A stretch of DNA of 64,000 nt from Lobosporangium transversale (lineage: Eukaryota), in the NCBI RefSeq assembly GCF_002105155.1, contig NW_019028995.1, positions 620,001-684,000 of the forward strand, given 5' to 3'. Each line of letters starts with the position of its first letter. Position 1 is the first letter of the stretch. The notes beneath the pieces are model-generated. The model was not told the DNA's origin. It made no database searches and worked only from the letters and a program-made list of their open reading frames with translations. Below, piece by piece: positions 54,480 through 63,463 of this stretch. The translations under genes and the position numbers were made by a program.

Positions 54480-57441
54480 AGTCAATTAACGTGGCACAGG
54501 CATGCCTAAGATTAAGGCAAAGGAGATAAAATAAATAACTACACGGACGGCTATCAAGATATCAAGGCCCTCTGCTAACCTGAAGCCATTTGCTTCTCGT
54601 GCAAAAAATAAAGAAAAGGATGAGGAGTTATGAGGGCTCACAATTCGAGTATTGACACTTAGTTGAACAAATGGAACGTGATTATCAGTGTTTACTATCA
54701 TGCCTGATTTGTTTTCTGTTCATTTGACAAATAGTTTTTACGTGGTTCTCAACAACACCATTACCTCGCGGGTGGTATGGAGTGATTAAACGGCGAGCGA
54801 TAAATATTAGTGAGGCCATAGCTTCCACTAACTGATTGACAAATTCTTTACCATTATCGGATTGAATGACCCGTGGAAATTCAATGTCTGAAAATTGCTT
54901 AAACAGCACAGTTGCAACTGTAAGAGTGGGCTTATCAAGTATGGCACCAAGCAATACAAAACGAGTGTAAGCACCAACGATAATCAGCAAATAAGAGTTG
55001 CTTTATTCAGAGACTGTGAATAGTCAGTTATGTCTATCGCATGTTCACCTGGTAATTGCGCATGAATAGCTTTTAGTGGATAATATCCTTTTCTAGCAAT
55101 ATTCATCCGTTGGCATGCATGACATCTTTTAATATAATCGGTGCAATCTTTTGCCAGGTTTTGTCTTCAGCGTGGATAGATTTTACCATAGCGTTAGTAA
55201 TGATATGGCCCATTTTACGAACGCAATACATGGTATCTTGTCGTTTTTCTTTAGGTACAAGTTCTCTTTGTTTATCAGAATTTTGTATAGCATGAATTTA
55301 TGCTAGTATAGGTTCATGATGCGTATACAACGCTTAGTCATGCGTGTAGGAATGATCGAGACAAGGCATCGGGCAATACATTTTGAGTGCCCCTGCCCGG
55401 TAGTGTACTGTAAATTAATAACGTAAGATTAGATCTTGTCAGTTTGTCATCATGGCATTCATATCTGATTAAGAATGAATAGACATTAATGCACGATGAT
55501 CTGTGTACAGATCAAAATGTCTACTCCACAAATAAGTGGCTATGACATCCAGAAAGCCCGAATCCAAGTTGGTAGAATAGATCCATGCCTGTAATGGAAG
55601 AGTACGATCTATTGATAACTTCAATTGTCACGGATACTACTCTATTACCCCAGGCGAGTTCTACATTTTCAACTAAGCCTATACAGGGGACAGTTAGGCT
55701 TCAGCTAGAGTAATGACGCCTTGTACAGAAGTAATACATTTATTATGCTTACGAGCAATATTTTTACGGATGCAGGCGACACTGGCTCCTGTATCCTTCA
55801 AAATTGACATAAACAACGATCCTTTTGTTAGTCTTTCCATGATTGAGATGAGGTCTGGCTAATGTATGGACATCATTATTAAGAGTAGCATTCGACATTG
55901 ATAAAGATGAAATTGTGATACGATAAGGTACAATGACTGGCGCAGACTCTAATATAGCGGTGATGCATTGATCACGCAATAGTAGCTCATTTGCGTCTAT
56001 TATTGTTTCCATAGCAATCCTTGATTGAGTATCAATAAGCATCTTGGGAGAACATGACGGTTTGGTGTAAATATTTATGCATTCAGATAAAGTAAACAAT
56101 TTATTGTGCGAAAGTCAAGGTAGTATTCTGGGGGATTATCTGGAGGATCTAAGGGTAAGGTAAAGGTGCTTTATTCGAGGAACTAATGCTCCACAACCAG
56201 ATATGAAAGAGAGCCTATTTATGTTAGCTTACGTCCTGCTGCAAGGAATGCTCTGAAAAATTGGGCGAAATGCTGTGTCGTTCAAAGCCATGTTCTAGCA
56301 ATTTCGCTTGCATATTGAATGGTTTAGGCATATTCTTGAATATTGTCATGATCCTTGTTTTTCATCGTAGAGGGATTATGGCCTTGTGTGTGTGCGGTTT
56401 CCAATGTTGTCTATGAAGAGAAGGAACAACATGATACATTATGTAAGCTAGAGGTTTAATTGTCAACGAGCTGATTGCAGGCTGAGTAAGGTATTCACCA
56501 GTTTTTCGTGTGCATTCTGAGGCTACATGGCCTCTCATTTTGCATTTGAAGCATTGCTTATGAACTTCTGTGTTGTGTGTAGTGTTTCTTCCGCACTGCT
56601 GACAATCAAAGAATCGTTTGTTGTTTGACTCTTCACCAGGGGCGGGTTTGCTCATGGGGCTATCTCTTTGCTTATTTCGAGTATACCGCATGGAACCGGA
56701 CTGACGAGGTATATCCTCGATGGCATCAGAGGACACCGGTGTTATTAGGTTTCGTGGACTCTGTAGATCACCCAAAATTTTTATGAAGTCTGATATGTGG
56801 GTGAATGATGTGACGTATTGTTTTTTATAATTTTGTAGCATTGGCACCATGGTGTGCAATGTATGGTCGTTCATGGTTGCCTGGAGCATCGAGATGACCA
56901 TGTCGTTATCGCCACGAACCCCGTAAACTCGGACATCCCTATCAAACCGCATAGCGAATTGATGGTATGCTTCATGCGCACCATCTTTCACCCGCTCGCA
57001 GAGGGCCTCGACAGTGTCCTCAAGGTGTTCCTGCATCGTCTTGCTAATGCGCTGACGACGCCTCGAAGGTTCAACCTCTTCATCATTGCTCTCGCCTCGG
57101 CTCCTTCGACCGAGCACAGTGTCGGTGGCACTGGAAGAAATGGTGTGAGCGGAAGGACCGATCTCCAAAGAAGAGGATCGAGATATATTCCCTAGCTCCT
57201 TCTCTAGCATACGGCAGTGTCGATTGAACTGCTCATAGGCAGGATCAACATAAGGACCCAAACTGAGTATGGGATCCCTCCTGAGCTTGAGACCCCTCTT
57301 ACGTCCACGTTCCTCCTCACTTCCATTACTCTCCCCACCGCTGGTTAGCGAATAATCAAGAGTGGCATGGTTTACACCCTTCTCCTGAATAGCGTGACTT
57401 TTGCTCTTATTCTGAGCAGCGGAAATAGCTTTGGAAGACAT
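54480..57441 (-). mobile_element. Degenerate Ty3/Gypsy LTR-retrotransposon relic (gag, protease remnant, RT deleted, RNase H tail, integrase); no LTR pair found
   Basis: Order on the minus strand: gag; GMDLFYQLG (retropepsin end, ~55590); YLWSRHFDLYTDHRAL and NVLPDALSR (RNase H end); integrase FPRVIQSDNGKEF..TPYHPRGNGVVE (54685-54990). Integrase after RNase H is the Gypsy order. Many stops and frameshifts. Confidence 0.85.
56362..57441 (-). CDS. Gag-like ORF (359 aa) with CCHC zinc knuckle
   Basis: CFKCKMRGHVASEC (CX2CX4HX4C) preceded by CQQCGRNTTHNTEVH; uninterrupted from ATG. Confidence 0.7.
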   Translation of the reverse strand: MSSKAISAAQNKSKSHAIQEKGVNHATLDYSLTSGGESNGSEEERGRKRGLKLRRDPILSLGPYVDPAYEQFNRHCRMLEKELGNISRSSSLEIGPSAHTISSSATDTVLGRRSRGESNDEEVEPSRRRQRISKTMQEHLEDTVEALCERVKDGAHEAYHQFAMRFDRDVRVYGVRGDNDMVISMLQATMNDHTLHTMVPMLQNYKKQYVTSFTHISDFIKILGDLQSPRNLITPVSSDAIEDIPRQSGSMRYTRNKQRDSPMSKPAPGEESNNKRFFDCQQCGRNTTHNTEVHKQCFKCKMRGHVASECTRKTGEYLTQPAISSLTIKPLAYIMYHVVPSLHRQHWKPHTHKAIIPLR

Positions 57442-58496
57442 TGTGGAAATAAGTGTTAGGAGCTTGGCAAAAGTGTATGTGTAAAGCGTTGGAAGTGTTT
57501 TTTGTGCAAAAGGTGGTAAAAAGCGGCTGAGAGTAAGGGTAGAAGACTAGCGGGACAAGTGCTTGTTTCGATCTTTTTCTCTTCAGCATTGAGATTTCTT
57601 TCCATGAAAAGGCGATGGCATGATTATCAGATCTAATTGACCAATGAATGATTGAGGTTTTGACGCGTAAGAAAAAGAACAAGAAATCTTCATATTCAGT
57701 ACCTCCTTTTTGCCGCGACGGTCAACACCCGCAGCTGTCTTCCTCGAATGTCAGCGATTACATCTATACATTTAGAGGACGCGGTGTTTTTTATCTGTCC
57801 CAAACGCTCCTCCTAATCCAGCTCTTAATAGTGCTCAGTTGCGCTGAATATGGCATAGATATTCGCGACCATCCTGTATCCGTAACCAGGTTTTGTGACG
57901 CCCAGTCACTTTCGTGAAACACCTTTTCTTCAGTCATGAACAACTCGTGAACACTGTCCTGAAGGGGTGAATGTCTAAAATAAAAACGATGGAGTGCGTG
58001 ATAGAGTGACAATGTTAGATGCAAACAGAAATATGGGGCACGGAATACGTTTTAAGATCTGATTAAATCTGGTTCTCTTTATTATCTATATGGATAAAGT
58101 TAATTGCACGGGCCGTACAAATATCTTTTTCCAAAAAAAGGATTAATCTATTTGGCAACCGAGCTGCCAAATATTATTTAGCAGCCCATTACCAAAAATG
58201 ATCACTCTCTTTGGTAGCCCAGCTGCCAAATAGCATCCTCATAAAAAAAGTATTTGCACGGTCCCATACACACTGTTCCTCCCGTGGAAATAAAAAAAAA
58301 ATTATAACGGAGTGTTTCTTTATGGACATGTTGATACCTTGGTGCTGTAAGCAAAGTCACTCATTTCGAACCCAATTGTCGTCGCTCCATCCGAAGCTGC
58401 TAACAGGCATCGAAGCGCAACTTATTCATATGAGTTTTACTCTTTCTGACAAATACTAATATTTGTAATTATATGATGGGTGCAACAAGGTGTAGT

Positions 58497-58594
58497 CAAT
58501 GATCCTATTCGAACTGAAACTTTGTCAATTGATATTTATTATTTTAATCTGAAACATTATAATTGACAAAGTTTCAGTTCGAATAGGAGCACTG
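58497..58594. mobile_element. 98-bp MITE of hAT type
   Basis: 34-bp terminal inverted repeats (28-bp perfect core 58503-58530 / 58561-58588; ends CAATG.../...CACTG). Flanked by an exact 8-bp direct repeat GGTGTAGT (58489-58496, 58595-58602). Confidence 0.85.
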
Positions 58595-58753
58595 GGTGTA
58601 GTGTGTGGCCGATCAACCGTTTCAAATTAGTTTTGCAAAACATTATTTGGCAGCCCCAAAAAATACCTCCTGAGGATGGAGAGGATCAAAGGGTAATGGT
58701 AATGAGGGGGCCCATTGAAGTGATAATTTGATTTCCATGAGAAGCAAAAGTGT

Positions 58754-58834
58754 CGTCAGCTGCAGGGTTTGAACCTGCGCGGGAGATCCCATATGATTTC
58801 AAGTCATACGCCTTAACCACTCGGCCAAGCTGAC
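58754..58834 (-). tRNA. tRNA-Ser (anticodon UGA)
   Basis: GTCAGCT acceptor stem pairs with AGCTGAC; A-box TGGCCGAGTGG; anticodon loop CTTGAAA; long variable arm GGGATCTCCC; T-loop GGTTCAAACC; discriminator G; T4 run downstream. Confidence 0.95.
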
Positions 58835-58998
58835 ATTTGGAGCTCAAAGGTGTACTCTGATTGGTCCGCCTTTTCTAAAGCACTTGTATTTGGTAAATTT
58901 TGATTCTCTACAACCATGTGACGCCATAATAGCCACCAAAGCCACATTCCTAAAGGTAAAAGCCACGTATTTTTAAATCTGAGCTTCAGCGATTCCTA

Positions 58999-59237
58999 CA
59001 ACAGGCCAAGTAGGGAGTAGAGCCGTGCCACAGGTCCTCTGGGACCAAGGAAGTCTACTCAATGCTGACGTGGTTTATGAACAGGATGTAGTACTGTGGC
59101 AGTATGACGATGCGGCTTCGGTCGATTATTGGATACCGCTTTATTTGCGACCCCAGTAATGGGGCAACCCATTTATAGAGCTAACATCTAAATAAATCCT
59201 ACATGACCTCGTGGGTCCTTGTTATCAAAAAAAAAAA
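58999..59237 (+). mobile_element. 5'-truncated non-LTR retrotransposon copy (3' UTR + poly(A) only)
   Basis: 228 bp nearly identical (two mismatches by eye) to the reverse complement of 59751-59978, ending in CTTGTTATC + A11. Confidence 0.85.
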
Positions 59238-59722
59238 TCATTCTTTTTTAAAAACAAATAGAGTTTCGATAAAGCATGCTGCGGCAATCATAGATATCTA
59301 AAATAAGAGATCCTGAATCATAGTTATGGCAATTGAACTTTAATATCTTGGCTTGGATGTGGAAGTGGAGTGAGCCATGTACCGCCATTCTCGAGCTACC
59401 TGTCCAACTATATTGGATCAACGTGTTTAAAACTACAAGATCAACCCCCTCACTACCTCAAACTGCATACTTTTTTTAAATATATTTCAAAGATGTTTCC
59501 ATCGATATCAATGCGCGTTTCGCCAACTTCTGGATATTGCTCAATTCTTTGGATCTTGGGTGACTACTTGGATTCGGATGACCGCCTTGGTACAACATCA
59601 GGTATATGCAGCCTCATTCATCTCAGCACTAGTTACTTGTATAGTATTATATCATAAACTAATAAAGACCTTTATCATGGTACAACATTTCAGTGTGTTC
59701 CCTGTATTTGCGTCTCGCTGTG

Positions 59723-60571
59723 TTTTTTTTTTTTTTTTTTTTTTTTTTTTGATAACAAGGACCCATGAGGTCATGTAGGATTTATTTAGATGTTAGCTCT
59801 ATAAATGGGTTGCCCCATTACTGGGGTCGCAAATAAAGCGGTATCCAATAATCGACCGAAGCCGCATCGTCATACTGCCACAGTACTACATCCTGTTCAT
59901 AAACCACGTCAGCATTGAGTAGACTTCCTTGGTCCCAGAGGACCTGTGGCACGGCTCTACTCCCTACTTGACCTGTTGCGCGCGAAGGTCATCCTTTAGC
60001 CGCTGTCCTCAATCATCAAAAATTTACAGCTTTCCAGGCGCTCCATAATCGCCAATTCCACCTGCTGCCGGTAGCTTGCCGCCACTCGCCGGTCTGCCTC
60101 AGTCCTGATCGCCTTCACATCTGCTGTTCGTCGTTGTCCCTGGTGAGAGCCAAAGAATTCACCTCTGCTACGTCTGTGCCTCCCAACACAGTTGCGTCCC
60201 CTGGCGCGTTTGCTCACAGAGGTGATACCATTGTCTCTTTCCCAGTTGACGGTGACTTTGCAGCGTCTGTTCCAGATTTCAGTCCTGCCGAGTTCCTCGA
60301 TTGACTTGACAAAGCGGCAAACAATGTACCTTGAGATCGATGCTGTGGTTCTGAAGATCGTCTTACATTTTTGTATCAGCTCCTTTGGCACCAAACCGTG
60401 GTACAAGTCTTGGACAGTCCAGTAGGCATCCTCACCCTCGTTCCTCCGTCCCATATCCACATCTTCCTCACCAAACAGAGTGCTTGCATGTCGAATCTCT
60501 CTGACGCCCTTGAACATCGCTTCCAAAGAGCCCCAAATCACGTTGTCGGCTACAGGTGTAAACGAGGGACC
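59723..60571 (-). mobile_element. 5'-truncated non-LTR (L1-like) retrotransposon: ORF2 C-terminus, 3' UTR, poly(A)
   Basis: A28 tail. ORF end WTVQDLYHGLVPK..RFVKSIEELGRTEIWNRRCKVTVNWERDNGIT..KFLMIEDSG*, homologous to the ORF at 61408-62010. The IWxxRC..WE..GIT motif resembles C-termini of fungal L1-type ORF2. Confidence 0.75.
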
Positions 60572-60967
60572 TGTTTTTAAAAAGAATGATTGATAGATAT
60601 AAAATATACTTAGGCACTTAGATCCATACAGGATTCGGACAACCGCCCAAGATAAAGGTAAGGAACACTTCAGGGAAGGAGAGTCCACTATTTATTATAG
60701 CGAGGAGGATCGGGTGCCTGAGCTCACGTCCAGGCAGGACGGGGTGGGTTTGACGGTACCGCTATAGGTATACCTGGTTCTACCTACCATGACGTAACTT
60801 GTTATAGGACGTGAGCTTAAGTTGCCTCGATTTAGGACAATGGCTGTCGTAAATCTGCTATTTACGTATCCTCTTCTTCATTATTTCCATCATCATTCAG
60901 TACTTTTATCATTATTTCCTTTATCAATCCTAGTATTTAAATCACTTTGGCTTCTTTGCAAAACAGC

Positions 60968-61101
60968 ATCCCTCTTTTCACTTTTGATGCTATTTTGCAG
61001 GTGAGCGACTTTTATTATTATTTGTAGTTTTACTAAGTCAAGCTCGTTCTTATCAGTATTTATTAAGGATCCCTCTTTTCACTTTTGATGCTATTTTGCA
61101 G
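60968..61101. repeat. 33-bp direct repeat
   Basis: ATCCCTCTTTTCACTTTTGATGCTATTTTGCAG at 60968-61000 and 61069-61101. Confidence 0.85.
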
Positions 61102-61182
61102 CATTCTCTAGGACTATCATTGTTGATTTATGATCCTTTAGTGATCTATTTGTCAGATTATCCTCCTTTGGCACTTTGTCCA

Positions 61183-62178
61183 TTTTTTTTTTTTTTTTTT
61201 TTTTTTTTTGATAACAAGGACCCTCAGGGTCATGGGATTTATTTTCTACATTCTATGAACAAAATGCTCCAGAAACTATAGTCAATAAACAGCTATTACT
61301 GCACAAACGACAAGAGCCGCTGTATCCATGATTTCATAAACCCTGACCGCCGTGGTTGGTACTCAAAGTCCACCTTTCCGACGTGGCCTGTTGCGCAACG
61401 CGACAAATTATCCGCTATCCATAGTCATCAAAAACTTCATTCCACCTAGCCGCTCCATCACGTCCAGTTTGGCTTTCCCAAGGTAAATGTCCCGGACTCG
61501 GTCATCCGCGATCTTGTAGATCTCTTTTACATTCAGCTTCTGTCTTTGTCTGAGGGAAGGGACAAGGAAATCATTGCTACTACGTCTGTGCTCCCCAACA
61601 CAGTTGCGTCCTCTAGCGCGTTTGCTCATAGCAGTGATTCCACGAGCCTTTTCCCATTCAACAGTAACTTTACACCGTTTGTTCCAGATTTCTGTACGAC
61701 CGAATTCTTCTATGGCCTTGACGAAGCGCCCTGCCATATATGTAGCTATCCTTGTTGTTGTCTTGAAGCCAACTTTCCAACTCTGAGCAATGGACTTGGG
61801 CGTAAGTCCATGGTAAATGTCCTGCACAGACCAATCTGGTGCGTGCTCTCTCTCTTCCTCATCATCGCCGTTCCTATCACCATGGCGTCGTACTTCTCGC
61901 ACACCATCGATATGCATCTCCAGAGTTTTCCAAATGTAGTCCTCCTCTGCCGCAGTAAAAGTTGGCTCTTTTGTCCTTGGTGGGTCTACACCTCTCTCTC
62001 TGGCCCTCAATCCTTAACATGCTCCTGCGTCCTGTTCTGAGCGATCCACGTGTGATGTGTACGAGTTGTTGACTGTAACTTAAGGATCTGCCTTAAGTCA
62101 TCTTCCGCTGGTACACCGTTGAACTTTGCATGGCAGTACATGTCATTATGCTCCGTTATGTTGATATCCCATAGCTCG
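61183..62178 (-). mobile_element. 5'-truncated non-LTR retrotransposon of a sister family, with 17-bp target-site duplication
   Basis: A27 tail. ORF WSVQDIYHGLTPK..EIWNKRCKVTVEWEKARGIT..KFLMTMDSG*. Flanked by CTTTGGCACTTTGTCCA at 61166-61182 and 62179-62195. Reading-frame break near 62007. Confidence 0.85.
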
Positions 62179-62200
62179 CTTTGGCACTTTGTCCATTTAT

Positions 62201-62867
62201 TTTTTTTCTTTTTTTTTTTTTTTTTTTTTCCTGTTAACAAGAACCCACAGAGGTGAGGAATTTTATTTCATAATCTCACTCTAAAGTAATGATATCGCCC
62301 TCAACTATGAAACAAGCGAAACTCTCAAAGTTCGCACGGGATGGCTGTGAAGAGCCAATTCGTATCCATGTTTTTCTCTACCAATGTACACCGTGATCGG
62401 TACTCGAAGTCCATCCTTCCGATGTGGCCTGTTGCGCCCGTGAAAAGCCGCGGAGGCTGGCGTGCCGACTCTAGCTAAGGACGACTTTTAATTTTTTTCT
62501 ATTCGATCAAATCCACTGGCATGTGGACCCAAATCTTGCGGGATTGGTCTGAAATTTCTACTTTGGACTCCGTCAAACTTTGTGATCATCGCTGTCCTAG
62601 TCAAGTGGGTGGATGGGGGGATGTGCTGCCAGATGTACCGCTGGTTCGGCTGGGGGGTGGAATATAAACCTAAGACATGTGGCCAGCCAGGCGACTTAGG
62701 GTAGTGCACCCACGATCTTAGCCTTAGCGGAGAACACTAGGCTGTCTCGGAGAGAAAGTATAAAAACTCAAGCAAATCCCTGACCTGGCACATGTTTGCT
62801 TCACTTTATGTGCCTTAACCAGGACTCGAACCCGGCCCCTGGGCTAGACAGGGGGGTGCCCTGACGA
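62201..62867 (-). mobile_element. SINE-like non-autonomous retroelement (tRNA-like head, LINE-derived 3' tail)
   Basis: Head contains T-arm/B-box CCGGGTTCGAGTCCTGG; no ORF2 homology. 3' part shares GCGCAACAGGCCACRTCGGAA..GAGTACC, TGGATAC and the terminal GGGTYCTTGTTA with the adjacent LINEs. Poly(A) tail; 20-bp TSD TTGGCACTTTGTCCATTTAT (62181-62200, 62868-62887). Confidence 0.75.
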
Positions 62868-62995
62868 TTGGCACTTTGTCCATTTATGAATTTATCTTTT
62901 GGCACTTCGTCCAACTTTTTATTATCATTTTGTTCATTTTCTGTCAATCTTTGGGATCATTGACAGATCTTTCCACGTCATGGCTAACAAATCAA

Positions 62996-63066
62996 GAAAG
63001 TGTAGTATATGGGTATCATTCCGGCCTTCCAAGCCTGAGAACCGGGTTCGAGTCCCGGCACTTTCA
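62996..63066 (+). tRNA. tRNA-Gly (anticodon UCC)
   Basis: GAAAGTG/CACTTTC acceptor stem; anticodon loop CTTCCAA; T-arm CCGGGTTCGAGTCCCGG; TTTT terminator. One mismatch in the anticodon stem (CCGGC/GCCTG). Confidence 0.85.
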
Positions 63067-63089
63067 TTTTGTAAAGCTTATACAGGTCC

Positions 63090-63350
63090 TCGTTATTGAA
63101 GATAAAAAAAGCGATCTCAACAGAGGTATTACACCGCTTAGTTTGATCAACGAATGTCGTCCTCTGTGTTTCTATAGTGCGATCTATTGCGTGTGAAGTG
63201 ATTCACAAGTTCGTTGACTACCTTGAGCAGGCTACGGAATTGATTTGGAAGTCGCACTGTAGAAAAACCATCGCCAAGGAGAAGGATCGAGGCGTGCGAC
63301 CGAGGCAGAAGCGTGCGCCATTCTACAGAGCAACGAGTGAAGCACATGCA
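63090..63350 (+). mobile_element. Degenerate fragment of a more distant non-LTR retrotransposon ORF2 C-terminus
   Basis: DLNRGITPLSLINE followed (frameshifted) by VIHKFVDYLEQATELIWKSHCRKTIAKEKDRGVRPRQKR. These align by eye with the DIYHGLTPK and RFVKAIEEFGRTEIWNKRCKVTVEWEKARGIT motifs of the upstream copies. Confidence 0.6.
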
Positions 63351-63463
63351 GGATTTTATTTTATTTTATTTTAATGAAAATACGGATGGATTAATCTATT
63401 TGGCAGCCCATTGCCAAATGTAGTCAACTTTCAAGACTCTCTTTGGCGAATTAAGGAAAAATG

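Noticed and set aside
58754..58834. Possible selenocysteine or suppressor tRNA (long variable arm, TGA triplet)
   Set aside because: TGA is the anticodon itself (reads UCA, Ser), and the stems have standard 7/5 geometry, so this is an ordinary tRNA-Ser.
62430..62475. HDV-like ribozyme resemblance in the SINE body (CCAGCCTCCGCGGC..GGGCGCAAC on the minus strand)
   Set aside because: The L3-like loop is too short, and no convincing P1 partner or full P2 could be found by eye.
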